DNA of 59,702 bases, filler included, from 5 parts of 5 records of this genome joined end to end with filler, not necessarily neighbours in it; one strand, 5' to 3'. Shown: positions 12,109-24,600, numbered from the whole stretch's first letter. Numbers and translations: made by a program. The notes: generated by a model not told the origin, from the sequence alone.

Positions 12109-12906
12109 TTAAACTTTTTTATAGGTATCCAGGAGTTTTCTCACGCGAAACGACACAGGGGTTTCCAAACCAATCTTTGTTAGTTCATCCACCCTTTCAA
12201 AAACCACCTCAGGTGAATCGTCCAAAATAACAGAGCCCTTATTAAAGACGATTAACCTGTCTGCAAGCAATGCTTCCTCAGGAAATTGCGTAATCAATAT
12301 CGTAGCGATATTGGATTGTTTTTTTGTATTTATTGAATGGAGCTCTTGCACTATATTTAGAATATCACTTCTGCTTCTTGGATCTAACAAAGATGTGGGT
12401 TCATCCAAAATAAGAAACGTAGGTCTCATTGCAAGTACCGATGCAATAGCTAACTTTTGCTTTTCTCCACCAGATAAATAATGGGGTGATTTCAGACGAT
12501 ACTTTTTCAGGTTAAACCGACTCAGCATCTCTTCAACAATATCGTGCATGTGCTGGATTGGTAAACCCAAATTTTCCAGTCCAAAAGCAATCTCACGCTC
12601 AACTGTCGCGGATACAATTTGATTATCCGGATTCTGAAAAACCATACCTACCTTTCGTCGAATATCTGATAAATGTTCACTTTCTCCGGTTGACAAACCA
12701 TCAACCGTAATATTTCCCTCTGTTGGAACCAATAATCCATTAAGGCAACGGGCAAAGGTTGTCTTTCCGGAACCATTGGGCCCCATAATGGCAACCGATT
12801 CTCCTGAGTTGATGGTTAAACAAACATTATCTAATATCGATCTGTGCAGATCACCATTTTTAGAATATTTAAAAGATATATTTTCAACCGAAATCATTTC
12901 TGACAT
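12109..12906 (-). CDS. ecfA: Energy-coupling factor (ECF) transporter ATPase, EcfA/CbiO family
   Basis: Walker A GPNGSGKTT; VGMVFQNPDNQIVSATVEREIAFGLEN; LSGGEKQKLAIASVLAMRP; LDEPTSLLD. Confidence 0.9.
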   Translation of the reverse strand: MSEMISVENISFKYSKNGDLHRSILDNVCLTINSGESVAIMGPNGSGKTTFARCLNGLLVPTEGNITVDGLSTGESEHLSDIRRKVGMVFQNPDNQIVSATVEREIAFGLENLGLPIQHMHDIVEEMLSRFNLKKYRLKSPHYLSGGEKQKLAIASVLAMRPTFLILDEPTSLLDPRSRSDILNIVQELHSINTKKQSNIATILITQFPEEALLADRLIVFNKGSVILDDSPEVVFERVDELTKIGLETPVSFRVRKLLDTYKKV

Positions 12907-12932
12907 TTTAGATACTTTATCTAATAATATAC

Positions 12933-12960
12933 AAAAACCCCGTCCGTGACAGGGCTTTTT
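12933..12960 (-). terminator. Intrinsic terminator-like hairpin with A/T runs on both sides
   Basis: Minus strand AAAAAGCCCTGTCACGGACGGGGTTTTT, downstream of yjbQ. Confidence 0.55.
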
Positions 12961-13075
12961 AAAGACAAACAGAACCATTTCAAACGTCGAACCAAAGGCC
13001 GGCTATACCCCTTTATGCTTTTTACCTAATTCATAAAACGTGCCGTAATAAAGGAGTTTTTTGAAATAGCACTTT

Positions 13076-13494
13076 TTATTCGCCCATCAGCTGCATAACA
13101 ACTTTTCTTTGACGAGATCGATTATCAAAATCAACAAGTATGACTTGTTGCCATGTTCCCAATAACATCTGCCCCTCATTAAACGGAACGACCAAGGAGG
13201 AGCCTAATAAAGAAGCTCTCACGTGAGAATGCCCATTACCATCATGCCATGTGGCATCATGATGATAAGCTTTTCCTTCTGGTGCTAATATTTCAAATGC
13301 TTCTGGTAAATCTTTTAACAAGCCGGGTTCATATTCAACTGTTGTCAAGCCGGCTGTCGAACCGGAAACAAAAATGTGATAGTACCAGCCCTTAGAGAGG
13401 ATTTTAACAATATCGCTGCAGCTTGTTCCGTAATATCGATGATATCAGTATGACCCTTTGTATCTATAGAAATGTATTCTGTGATAATTTTCAT
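13076..13494 (-). CDS. yjbQ: Secondary thiamine-phosphate synthase YjbQ (UPF0047), frameshift near 13372
   Basis: ATG overlaps the pfkB stop (ATGA). MKIITEYISIDTKGHTDIIDITEQ...FVSGSTAGLTTVEYEPGL...DGNGHSHVRASLLGSS...LGTWQQVILVDFDNRSRQR. Confidence 0.88.
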
Positions 13495-14414
13495 ATTTGA
13501 GTCCACTCTCCTATTTCTACCTGAGTCATTGCAAGAAGCTCTGCAACGCGCTTTACAATGTCTTTTTTGGATAAACCTTTGAGACCATCGACACTAAACG
13601 CTTCAACAGAAAAGGAAGCTAATGCTGTGGCAAAAATAACAGCACGTTTTAAATTCTCGGTATTAATTGCATCACACTGTGCAAGATATCCCATAAATCC
13701 ACCAGCAAAGGTATCTCCTGCTCCTGTAGGGTCGAATAATTGCTCAACAGGATAGGCAGGACATGAAAAAATGGTATTTTCATGTATGAGAAGGCATCCA
13801 TGTTCACCTTTTTTAACGATTAAGGTTTTTGGACCCATTTTCTGAACGATTCGCACACCTTTGAAAATATTATCGCTGCCGGACAGTTCTTTTACTTCGG
13901 AATCATTTATAAGTAAGGCATCAACAACAGACAGAGTCTTTTTCAATGCATCGAGTGTCCCGGAAATCCAGTAATTCATTGTATCCATAGCCACAAACCT
14001 GGGATTTTTGACCTGCTCTATAACATTAAATTGCAGATCAGGGCTTATATTAGCGAGAAATACGTAATCACTCGATTTATAATGATCTGGCAAAACCGGA
14101 TTAAATTTTTCAAAAACATTTAAATGTGTGTATATCGTCTCCCGGTCGATCATATTATCCAGATAGCGCCCTTTCCATCTAAAGGTTTCCCCTGGTTCTG
14201 TCTTCAAACCTTCCAGATCAACACCTTTTTCTACCAGAAACTGAATATCCTTCTTGTTAAAATCGTCGCCAACAACAGCCACAAGCTTGACAGGCGCAAA
14301 GTGACTCGCAGCTGCTGAGAAAAAAGTAGCAGAGCCACCTAAAGCTTCGTCTACTTTATCGAAAGGGGTTTCCACTGAATCATATGCCATTGATCCTACT
14401 ACCAATAAACTCAT
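13491..14414 (-). CDS. PfkB family carbohydrate/nucleoside kinase
   Basis: VVGSMAYDSVETPF...LGGSATF...VKKGEHG...DPTGAGDTFAGGF. Confidence 0.92.
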   Translation of the reverse strand: MSLLVVGSMAYDSVETPFDKVDEALGGSATFFSAAASHFAPVKLVAVVGDDFNKKDIQFLVEKGVDLEGLKTEPGETFRWKGRYLDNMIDRETIYTHLNVFEKFNPVLPDHYKSSDYVFLANISPDLQFNVIEQVKNPRFVAMDTMNYWISGTLDALKKTLSVVDALLINDSEVKELSGSDNIFKGVRIVQKMGPKTLIVKKGEHGCLLIHENTIFSCPAYPVEQLFDPTGAGDTFAGGFMGYLAQCDAINTENLKRAVIFATALASFSVEAFSVDGLKGLSKKDIVKRVAELLAMTQVEIGEWTQI

Positions 14415-14491
14415 TCTATTATCCTTTTATACTTTAAAAATCTAATCTGACAGTATAATTTTATTTTTCGATCGATTGCGCCAAAATCAAC

Positions 14492-16143
14492 TTACATATT
14501 TTCCGGCGCAGAAATACCCAAAAGTTCGAGTCCGTTAGCCAATACCTGTTTTGCGGCTTTTGCCAACATTAAACGCGCGATGGTTAGCTCTTGATCTTCT
14601 GTAACGACACGATTCTCATGATAAAACCGGTGAAAAACAGTGGCTAGTTCATGTAAATAAGATGTGACCCGGTGGGGTTCTAAAAACTGGGCTGATTTGG
14701 AGATTATTTCCGGATACTCTATCATCTTTTTTATTACAGCCAGCTCAAGAGCATTCTCTAAAGAATCTGTCTTGCCCCGATCCGGTACGGTGACGCCATT
14801 TTTTTCAGCATAACGAAAAATATTACAAATTCGCGCATGGGCGTATTGCAGATAATATACGGGATTTTCATCAGATTGCTTCTTTGCTAAATCAATATCA
14901 AAATCAAGTGGCTGAGACATTTTTCGATCTACAAAAAAATACCGGGCAGCATCAACACCTACTTCATCAAGCAATTCATCCATTTCGATAATTTCACCAG
15001 CTCGCTTGGACATTTTTACAACTTGTCCGCCTCGCAGCAAATTAACCTGCTGAATAATGCTCACCTGGAAACTCTCTTTTGCATGGCCCAGGGCAACCAA
15101 CGCTGCTTTCATTCGCTCAATATAGCCATGATGATCTGGTCCCAAAAAATCATGTACGGTTTCAAATCCTCTGTCATACTTTGATTGATGATAAGCTATA
15201 TCAATGAGGAAATAAGTTGGCTCACCTTCACTGGTGATCAATACACGGTCCTTTTCATCACCATAATTACAAGATTTGAACCACAAAGCTCCATCCCGTT
15301 CATAGGTCAAGTCGTTCTGCTCTAACTTTTTCAGAATGACATCCTGGGCATTTTCACTTCGAATGGAACTTTCCCTGAACCAATTGTCGTAAACCACCCC
15401 ATATTTTTCAAGACTTTTTTGATGCCTTTTCAACATGTATTCCAAAGCAAGCTGACTAAACTGTTCTTTTCTTTCATCAGCTTCTATGTGCAGGAATCGA
15501 TCCTTATGTGTATCAATGACTTCAAGAGCAAGATCCTGTAAATATTCACCATGATATCCATCTTCAGGTATTGGTTCTTCATGCCCCAATTCTGTCATAT
15601 AACGTGCGTTTAGGGACGCCCCTAAAAGCCTGATCTGTCGACCAGCATCATTCACATAAAATTCACTTTCAGATTCATATCCAGCAGCTTTATGTAATCG
15701 CGTCAAAACGTCACCGATGGCTGCAGCTCTGGCACTCACAACATTTAAAGGCCCTGTAGGATTCGCACTTACAAACTCGAATTGAATCTTATGATTTCCA
15801 CCTGTATTGCTATGACCAAAATTTTCACCCTCTTCGATGATATCCAGGGCTGCCTTTTGTAAACATTGTTTCGATAAATAAAAATTGATAAAACCCGGAC
15901 CTGCGATTTCAACTTTTTCTATATAAAATGAATCCATTTCCAGGTTTTGAACGATTTTCTCTGCAATTCGGCGTGGCGCATCTTTGGCAATCTTTGCCAG
16001 ACTCATGGCAACAGGTGAGGAAATATCACCGAATCCCCCTGTTTTGGTCTTTCCAGATTTAAAAAACGTGAATCACTGGTATCAAAACCAGAAAGCTCTA
16101 ATGCCTTCTTTATACTATTTCTGATGTATTCCTGAGGTTTCAT
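14492..16143 (-). CDS. argS: Arginine--tRNA ligase (frameshift in G-run near 16037)
   Basis: The N-terminus MKPQEYIR...ERPKQG(G)FGDISSPVAMSLAK joins ORF 14492-16006: IAGPGFINF, EFVSANPTGPLNV, KMSKRAG, NPVYYLQYAHAR, LGISAPENM. Confidence 0.95.
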
Positions 16144-16507
16144 CTTTATCCTTTATCTCTGTAATTTTGGCATCCCCCCACAATCTTTCCAAAGCAAAAT
16201 GATTTCTTGTGTCCGCCTGAAAAATATGAACAACAACATTCACAAAATCGACAAGAATCCAATTTCGTGATGATGAGCCTTCTATATGCCAGGGTTTTAT
16301 AGATTCCTTGAAAAGTTCGTCTAGTATATGATTTTTTATAGCTCTGACCTGGACATCACTGTCAGCTGTACACACAACAAAATAATCCGATATCGTTGTC
16401 AAGTGCTGAATATCCATGATCAAAACATCTGTTCCTTTTTTCTCTAATACGAGTTCAGCAATTCGTTTAGATAATTCTTGTGAATTCAAAGTATCGAACA
16501 CCTCCAT
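16115..16507 (-). CDS. rsfS: Ribosome silencing factor
   Basis: EKKGTDVLIMDI...DYFVVCT...WILVDFVNVVVHIF...ALERLWGDA. Confidence 0.92.
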   Translation of the reverse strand: MEVFDTLNSQELSKRIAELVLEKKGTDVLIMDIQHLTTISDYFVVCTADSDVQVRAIKNHILDELFKESIKPWHIEGSSSRNWILVDFVNVVVHIFQADTRNHFALERLWGDAKITEIKDKDETSGIHQK

Positions 16508-16539
16508 AATGGTTAACTTTTTTACTCAAATATGACCAC

Positions 16540-17584
16540 TCAAGGTGTTAATTGAATTGTATTCAATAAAGTAATAGCAGATGTATAAACTTTTTCCGGT
16601 GTAACATCTTTCATACACTTAAAATGGCCTTTCGGACACTTGTGAGAGCCAATATGAGTACAGGGCCGGCAACTTAAATCATTATTTTCAATGACCGTGA
16701 CAAAACCATCAACTGGAAAAAATCCAAGTTCTTTGGATGTGGGGCCAAAAACAGTTATTGTCCTTTTCTTCAGGGCAGCAGCCATATGCATGAGACCTGT
16801 ATCATTTGTAATGACCACATCTCCAAGGCTTAAAGCACAAGCTGTTTGCATCAAATTTAATTGGCCGGCCATATCAAAATAAGAAGATTTTATGTGTTTT
16901 GCAATAAATTGCGTAATCGATTTATCCTTTTCATCCCCCAGCAGGATGATCTGAGCATTATGTTCCTGAATAAATCGTTTGGCAATATCTGCGAAATACT
17001 CTTTGGCCATCTTTTGGTCTCAAAACTGGCTCCAGGAGCCAGACAGACTGTTAACAAATCTTGTCGATAACCTTGATCTTTCAATCTCGTTATAATCTGA
17101 TCATGTGTGATCTGTTCCGGAAAAATTCCAGACCGTTCCCATCATCCCTTATGCCAAACCTGGAAACACTATTGATATAACGGAGATAGACCGGAATTAT
17201 TTCTTTAAACAAATTCCAGCCAAACTGAACTAGCAAAAACCTTTTTATACGGAATTTTGAATAAGTAACAACCTTAACCCCTGACAAGAAACACAGATAA
17301 TAACTACGAAAATTTTTATGAATATCGACAAACAGGTCAAATTCTTTTTGCCTGACAAGCCGGCGCAGCCTTTTTAAGGCCCCAAATCCTTTGGATGCAT
17401 CAAATGTAATTATCTCATCAACATGTTCATTTGTTCGCACAAGATCTTTATATTGTTCTTTGACGACAATACCAATAAAAGCATCGGGAAATCTTTTCCT
17501 TAACAGCCGCAACAAGGGAGTGGTTAAAAGAATATCACCTATAGAACTGAAACGGATAACAAGTATTTTACGGGGGTTTTTCAA
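16540..17584 (-). CDS. Glycosyltransferase family 9, LPS heptosyltransferase (WaaF-like); two frameshifts near 17120 and 17000
   Basis: KILVIRFSSIGDILLTTP...; LAPGASFETKRWP; ITNDTGLMHMAAAL...VFGPT...CRPCTHIG. The protein is spread over three ORF-track fragments. Confidence 0.88.
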
Positions 17585-17626
17585 TTTAGGACCACTTTTA
17601 TTTATACAGCATGCACTTACGCAATA

Positions 17627-18679
17627 TTACAATTCTGATGCTGGTGTAAACAGACCTTTTAATCCACTACTTATTTTATGGAGCAGGACTCCATTTCTCT
17701 CATAAATAATGATTCCCTCGACGTCTTTTATATCTTCCAGGGTTTGCAGGCCTTTATCCGGACCAAGGATAAAAATGGCTGTACTTAATGCATCACAAAG
17801 AGCTGTGCTTGGTCCCTGAATCGTTACGCTAACACAACCACGAGCCGGGTACCCGGTTTTCGGATTCAGGATGTGGTGATATTTCACAGAGTCTTCAACA
17901 AAAAAACGCTCATAATCGCCAGAGGTGGCAACAGCACCCTCATCCATCGGGAATCTACCGTAAAATCCATTTCGATCTTTGGGATGCCTCACATATATAT
18001 TTCTTTGTCCCATCGTTAATTCACTGGCAATGGTTCTCAGATCACCTCCGGCATCCACCTGAGCATCCCTCACGTCAGCCTTATAAAGAGCTTCAATGGC
18101 GGCATCGACCGCAAAGCCTTTGGCGATTCCACCCAAATCAATACGTGCAAGGGAATCTGTTATAGCCACACTTTTTTCTTCAAAATCAGTGGCATGATAA
18201 TCAATATGCTGCAAATAAAAATCAATGATCGATTGCTCCGGTACGACCATATTCTCTTTTTGCCCAAAGCCCCATACTGTCATCAGAGGGCCAATGGTCA
18301 TATCATAATTCCCATCGGTCATCTCGCTAATAGTATAGGCTTTTAAGAGAATCTCGTAAAAAATTCGAGACACTTTCTGACATCCTTTTCCGGCACGTTT
18401 GTTAAGTTGAAACAGTTCACTATTATTTTTGTAAAAGGACGTCAGGGAATCAATTTTTACCATTTCCTGTCTTGCCCGCTCAATTGCTTCGTGAATCGCT
18501 GAGTTTGACAAATCCTTGTCATATACTCGAATCGTAACAAATGTATCCATCAAAATAAAGTTTTTTTCAACTGGATGGAATCCTTGTCGTTCACAAGATG
18601 TACATAAAAACAAAAGAAGGATTACAAGGATTAAAGGGTAACTGAGGCGAGGTCTTTTAATTTTCTCTATATATAGCAA
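17627..18679 (-). CDS. apbE: FAD:protein FMN transferase lipoprotein
   Basis: Lipobox-like LCTSC; MDTFVTI; YDMTIGPL; IDLGGIAKGFAVD; VATSGDYERF; HHILNPKTGYP; DALSTA. Confidence 0.93.
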   Translation of the reverse strand: MLYIEKIKRPRLSYPLILVILLLFLCTSCERQGFHPVEKNFILMDTFVTIRVYDKDLSNSAIHEAIERARQEMVKIDSLTSFYKNNSELFQLNKRAGKGCQKVSRIFYEILLKAYTISEMTDGNYDMTIGPLMTVWGFGQKENMVVPEQSIIDFYLQHIDYHATDFEEKSVAITDSLARIDLGGIAKGFAVDAAIEALYKADVRDAQVDAGGDLRTIASELTMGQRNIYVRHPKDRNGFYGRFPMDEGAVATSGDYERFFVEDSVKYHHILNPKTGYPARGCVSVTIQGPSTALCDALSTAIFILGPDKGLQTLEDIKDVEGIIIYERNGVLLHKISSGLKGLFTPASEL

Positions 18680-19625
18680 ACTCTACCAAATCCCTGAGAG
18701 AAGATGTTATACTAGACTGTGGATAGTGTTCGAGTACCTTTAGCGCTTTAAGAGCGTATTTATTAGCAATACTGCTGGCATAGTTAACACCACCCATTTT
18801 GTTCACATAATCTACAATTTCTGTAATCTCATGCTCTAGCAGGTTGCCTTTTTCCAGTTTACGTAATATTCTGTTGCGATCCTGAGGTGTTGATTTTGCC
18901 AAAGCATATATCAATGGTAAAGTTATTTTATTTTCCTTAATATCGTTTCCGGTTGGCTTGCCTATTTTCTCCTGTTCGCCAACATAATCCAATAAATCAT
19001 CTTTTATTTGAAAAGCGATGCCGAGATTTTTCCCAAATTCACGCATATTATTACGCATTTCTTTATCAGTCGTCACAGACAAAACGCCCAACTCGCAGGA
19101 GGCCCGAAATAACGAAGCGGTCTTTTTATAAATAAGATCAAAATAGACCGACTCTTCCATCTCAAAATCCTGAGCTCGTTCAATTTGAAGCAATTCACCC
19201 TCTGTAATTTGTTTTGTCGCTTCCGACAGAATGTCAAGAGCTTCGAAATCCTTTAGATTGACCATGGCTGTCAAAGTTCGGGCAAAAAGCAGGTCTCCAA
19301 CAAGTATAGATATCTTGTTGGTCCATCGACTATTAACCGTTGGGGAGCCTCTTCTTAAATCAGAATCATCAACGACGTCATCATGTACCAATGTGGCTGT
19401 ATGTAACAGCTCTACAACAATACTTGAAGCCATTGATTTCTCTGTGACAGGACCATAAAGTTTCCCTACCAGGAAAACCAGTAATGGTCGTAAACGTTTT
19501 CCTTTATGACGAGCTATATGCTGAACGACTTGTTCAGCCAGAGGTATATTTGAATGTAATAAATCCCGAAATGATTTCTCAAACTGTTCAAGCTCAAACC
19601 TTACCGGCCCAATAATCTCCTTCAT
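18657..19625 (-). CDS. Polyprenyl diphosphate synthase (IspB-like)
   Basis: GKRLRP; LLHTATLVHDDVVDDSDLRRG; KKTASLF; AFQIKDDLLD; GKPTGND. Confidence 0.93.
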   Translation of the reverse strand: MKEIIGPVRFELEQFEKSFRDLLHSNIPLAEQVVQHIARHKGKRLRPLLVFLVGKLYGPVTEKSMASSIVVELLHTATLVHDDVVDDSDLRRGSPTVNSRWTNKISILVGDLLFARTLTAMVNLKDFEALDILSEATKQITEGELLQIERAQDFEMEESVYFDLIYKKTASLFRASCELGVLSVTTDKEMRNNMREFGKNLGIAFQIKDDLLDYVGEQEKIGKPTGNDIKENKITLPLIYALAKSTPQDRNRILRKLEKGNLLEHEITEIVDYVNKMGGVNYASSIANKYALKALKVLEHYPQSSITSSLRDLVEFAIYREN

Positions 19626-19803
19626 TTCCACATATTGTCCTTTATTCAATCAGGTATTAAAAGAAGCCAAAGCTACTGAAAATTTTAAACTTTAATTTAC
19701 TAATTAAAAGCCTCTTTGTCAACACCAAACTCGGAAGGATATATTCCATGCTTTTGCCATGCAGCTTGATTAAGAAATAATACTTTTTCTCTATCTCCAC
19801 CAC

Positions 19804-21627
19804 TTAATTATTACTTGAAACGGGTAAAGTAATTGTAAAAGTTGTACCAACACCTTTTTCACTCTTTGCAGAGATATCAGCTCCTTCTCGTTTTAATATG
19901 GAATAGGACAGGTACAAACCAAGACCAGTACCTTCACCAGCAGGCTTTGTCGAGAAAAAAGGCGTAAAAATATGCTTCATGTTTTCCTCAGAGATACCAA
20001 CACCCGTATCGATAAATTCAACAACAACTGCTTCTGACTCTTTAAGCAAGCTTGTTGCAATTTTTAACGTCCCACCATTTGACATTGCCTGAACAGCATT
20101 ATAAATAACATTCAAAAAGACTTGCTTTAAAGAATCCAGGCTAAAGATCACCTTTGGTACACCTGTATAAGCTTTTTCTACTTTAATATGCCTGACCGCA
20201 ATTTCTTTTTGCACAAGACTTGTTGTTGTATCAATCAGGTCTTCAATATCGATCTTTTCTCTTTCAAGAGTTGAATGTTTGGAAAAATGGAGCAAATTGT
20301 TAATAATTATGGAAGCCCGGCGAACATTCTTTTTGATAATCTCTAACTTTTTATTTATATCGGCACTTTTATCTTCCAGAGTATCGGCAATGTAATAACG
20401 TGCCGTCTCAATAATATTAAGTGGATTTCGTATCTCGTGGGCAATACCGGATGACAACAAACCTAACGTAGCCAGTTTTTCCGATTTTAAAAGTTGTTTT
20501 TCAATTTCTTTCTCATCTGTAATATCTTTAATATATTCAACAATAAAATCAGGCTGTCCATCCAATCCTGACATGGCAAAAGTTGAGATATTAAAAGTAC
20601 GACCTTTATGAAATATTTCCACAACTTTTGATTGGCCCGTTTGATACGTTTCCATAGCCGGGCATCCGACACATGGTTCTTTTCTGTCAAATAACACGTG
20701 ATAGCACTTTTTCTCTAACAACTCGGAAGTAGATTTGCCGGTAAATTCAGAATATTTTTTATTATTCATTTTGAGATTAAACTCATTATCCTGAACAGAA
20801 ATAAGATCGGTAATACCATCAAATACCGATACAAGGCGTTGCCGACTCAATAAAAGTTGACGTTGCATCTTTATTTTTTCACTGGTATCCCGAACAAAAA
20901 GCTGAATCACCTTGTTGCCATCAATTGTAAAATGACTGCCACTTATATCTGTTGGAAAAAAACGGCCGTCCGCCCGCTTTAACAAAACATTTTCAAAGCT
21001 GGCCTGCCCCTCGTTTGCAATTTCTTCCAAAGCCTGCTTTAGATACTTTAGAGTCTTTTGCGAACATAATTCCAGGATACTGTGCTGCAAAAGATGTTTG
21101 GACGATTGTCCGATCAGTTCCTCAGCCATTTTATTGACCTGAATCAGTTTGTACGACTCTGAATCAGCAATAAATATTGCAATACTGGCCCTGTCAAACA
21201 GTGCAAAAAAACGTTGCTCGCTTTGTTCAAGACGCGACCAAAGCTGTCGTTCCTCGATAGCTCTGACAAGTATTCGTGGTAAAGTCTCCAAATGATCTTT
21301 TGATTTAACGAGGTAATCATAGACCCCTCGTCGCATGGCCTCTACTGCGATCATTTCGTCACCCTGCCCGGTCACCATCACAACCGGAACCGGTATTTGA
21401 AGTTTCTTTATCTCTTCAAGTGTTTCGAGACCATTCAGTTTGGGTAAGCTATAGTCCAGGACAATCGCGTGGTAGGATTTATTTGCCAGGTATTGAAGCG
21501 CAATTTCAGGATCGTGAACCACATCCACCTTAAAAATGTGACTATCACGATGAAGGATGAGCTCCATTAAATGAGCTTGCTCAAAATTATCTTCTATGAG
21601 CAATATTTTATATTCGTCTTTTTTCAT
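19804..21627 (-). CDS. Hybrid histidine kinase REC-PAS-PAS-HisKA-HATPase
   Basis: ILLIEDN...LDYSLP...MVTGQGDE (receiver); two PAS-like segments; IAHEIRNPL; PFFSTKPAGEGTGLGL. The start may be the GTG at 21669. Confidence 0.9.
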   Translation of the reverse strand: MKKDEYKILLIEDNFEQAHLMELILHRDSHIFKVDVVHDPEIALQYLANKSYHAIVLDYSLPKLNGLETLEEIKKLQIPVPVVMVTGQGDEMIAVEAMRRGVYDYLVKSKDHLETLPRILVRAIEERQLWSRLEQSEQRFFALFDRASIAIFIADSESYKLIQVNKMAEELIGQSSKHLLQHSILELCSQKTLKYLKQALEEIANEGQASFENVLLKRADGRFFPTDISGSHFTIDGNKVIQLFVRDTSEKIKMQRQLLLSRQRLVSVFDGITDLISVQDNEFNLKMNNKKYSEFTGKSTSELLEKKCYHVLFDRKEPCVGCPAMETYQTGQSKVVEIFHKGRTFNISTFAMSGLDGQPDFIVEYIKDITDEKEIEKQLLKSEKLATLGLLSSGIAHEIRNPLNIIETARYYIADTLEDKSADINKKLEIIKKNVRRASIIINNLLHFSKHSTLEREKIDIEDLIDTTTSLVQKEIAVRHIKVEKAYTGVPKVIFSLDSLKQVFLNVIYNAVQAMSNGGTLKIATSLLKESEAVVVEFIDTGVGISEENMKHIFTPFFSTKPAGEGTGLGLYLSYSILKREGADISAKSEKGVGTTFTITLPVSSNN

Positions 21628-21695
21628 ATCTCTTTCAAATGCCTCATCGAATTTGATAGAAATATCCACTGTCTTTAAATCACGTACCTTTTACA

Positions 21696-24600
21696 TCAAA
21701 TACCATCCCAAAAATCGTCCTGTTTCAAACTGACCTTTGGGATCGTAAAGTTGAATTGAGCTCCTTTACCCGGTGTAGACTCGACTACGATATCACCCCG
21801 ATGTAATTCAAGAACCTTTTTTACTATGGCCAATCCGACGCCGGTGCCGGCATCATCCTCGTTTTTCGTTCTCGTATGAAAAAGACCAAATATCTTGTCC
21901 TGAATTTCTGGCGCGATTCCAATGCCATTATCTCTAACAAAAAACTCGTAATATTTACGAAACTCATGACAACCAATGTCAATGGTTGGATTTGAACATC
22001 CTTTTGTAAACTTTATCCCATTGGAAATAAGATTGGTGAAAACCTGAACCATTTGTGTTCTGTCACAATATATTTGTGGTAACTCGGGTGCTATGTTAAA
22101 CTGAATTTCTCCACTTTTAAACAATCCTGCAAGTGAATCCATGGCATCGCGTACAATACCGGCAGCAAGATGATTTTTAAATCGTGCCGTTGACCGTCCC
22201 AAACGCGATAAATCCAGCAAATCCGTTACAAGTTTTTCCATCTGATCCAAATTCGCTGAAATTCGTTGAAAATAATTTAATGGATGTTCAGGTAAATGAG
22301 AGCCAACTTCCTCTTTGATTAAAGAAGTAAAACTTTTGATACTTTGTATTGGACTCTTTAAATCATGTGAGACAGAATAAACAAAACGTTCCAATTCTTC
22401 GATCTTTTGCAGAGACTGACGGTGTAAATTTGAATTGGCCAAAGCATCACGAGCCTCATCGGTCATTTTAGTGATCACCTCTATATCATGATCTGAAATT
22501 CGCCGCCCTTGTTCCCACGCAATGACGATAACTGCAATAAGATGTTCTTCATGGATGACGGGTGAAATAATAAATGGCTGAAATAACTGTAAATGTCGCG
22601 GATCCAGCCCTGCAACGCAAAGTTGTTCAACAAATTTTTTCGGTGAATCAAAAACCGAGGTTATTTGATCGCGCTCTACAATTTCGATGTAATGGTCCAG
22701 CTTTTCCAGAGAAAGTTGACGAGATAATGATTCCGGCATCCAAAGAAACAGTTCTGAAACCTCTGTTCTGGTATCAAACCAGATTATATCACACAACGAC
22801 GTGTTTAATGCTGTCTTTGTGAATTTGCATATATTTTGCTTTATTTCATCAAACTCGAGACTGTTAATCCCAATACTATCAACTTGAGTAGCCGCTGACT
22901 TTTCCTCAACACGAGACAGCATTTTTTGATATTGTAAAGCATTTTCAATAGCAATGGCAATATGACTGGCAAACTGACGTAAAAATTGGACTTCCATACG
23001 GGAAAACGGGCGATCGGATAAACGACCTAATGCGCAATTTCCCACATAATTGTCTCTGCTCAAAAGAAGCACACTCGTATGAGAAGGCATACTGGATGGC
23101 ATTCCGCCTGGACGAGCTGGCAACATACCTGCCATTTTCTCATTTGAAGAGGGCAATGGGCTCACCCATCCCAAGCCTTTTGCCGGAATTTCGTGCCACG
23201 ACCAGTTGGAATTTAGTCTTTTCTTCACATTCATTGATGCCAGATCGATAATTTCAGCTTCCTGCCCTGACTCATAAAACAGGGTAAAAGACAGATAATC
23301 AAAACAGACAATCTTTTTCAGCTGTAAAGCCGCAATTTCAATAATCTCATAAACATCCTTGCGGATATTTACAGCTTTCGTTATTTCATCCAGCACTGCA
23401 ATCTGATGACTCTGTTCGGCAAATTCAGAAAACAGTTCCTTTTCATAAATTAAATACGCCAGGACATGAGCCATATTTTTCAAATCGCGAACTGTTTGCT
23501 TTGACCAGACACACGGTTTTTCTTTAAAAACAGTACACAAACCCCAGCTTTTATTTGAAATTTTCAGTGGAACGCTTGCCAGGGTCCGATAACCTAATCT
23601 ACGGGCAACCGGTAGCCAGGGCGCAAAGGAAGATGTTGTTTCAACATCATCAACAAAGTAACATTGCTCACTTTTGACGATATTATTGAACGGCCCCTCA
23701 GCCAATCCAGCGCGAACCTGCTCCGTGGGTTGATAAATCTCACCGGAATCATATTTATAGGCAGCTGACAGATTAAATTCTTCCTCAGCATCGAATACGT
23801 GAACCGTCACAAACGCGGCATCATGCCGCTCAGCAATAACCCTGGCAGGATTTAAAAGAGCATCCTGATACGAAGCCTTTGAGGATATATGATCACAAGC
23901 GGTTAAAAATTGTGACACCCAGTCCTCATTCGCTGTCTCCCGGGAAATCGATGTATCTGTTTGAAATAGGGCCAGATATCGCATCGAAGAAACAGTTTTT
24001 ACCCTCATAAAACGGGCATCTATTTTACCTGTCTTTTTCTTCTTTACTAACTCAACAGCACCCTCATACTGCACTTTTTCTTTGGATAGACTCGACAAGG
24101 GTTCCGGCAATCTAAAAATATCAGATACATTCGTTTCTGCCAGTTGCTGTCTCCTTAGCTGGATTAATTTTAAAAATTTCGAATTGGCATCCCCAAAAGA
24201 ATCATTTGAAAGATCAACAATAGTCGCAGGAAAGGGTAGAGATTCAAGAATAGCAAGATATTTTTCATGCCAGCGCTGACTCGTTCTCCTGGATCGCTGC
24301 CATCTCTCTTCCCAACGAAGGCGCTCAATTGGCATTTCCAGAATCGAAGACATATGCTCTGCAAACATCTTCTCACGCAGATTAAACGTCGAATTAACTC
24401 TTCGCCCCAAATAGAGACATCCCAGTACGCTTTCCGGCGATATAATCGGAACAATGAGTTCATTTTGCATATATGGTAGAACTGGATTTGTTGTACTGGC
24501 TCGTGTTATTGTCAGGCGACTGAGTAATAATTTGTTAGCAAGAGGGTCGTTATATGGGATTGTAATTTCTTTTGTATCGATCTCGGACAGATTATTAATT

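Noticed and set aside
14492-17584. argS and the GT9 gene as pseudogenes
   Set aside because: argS is normally essential, the breaks are at homopolymers, and the pieces are otherwise intact.
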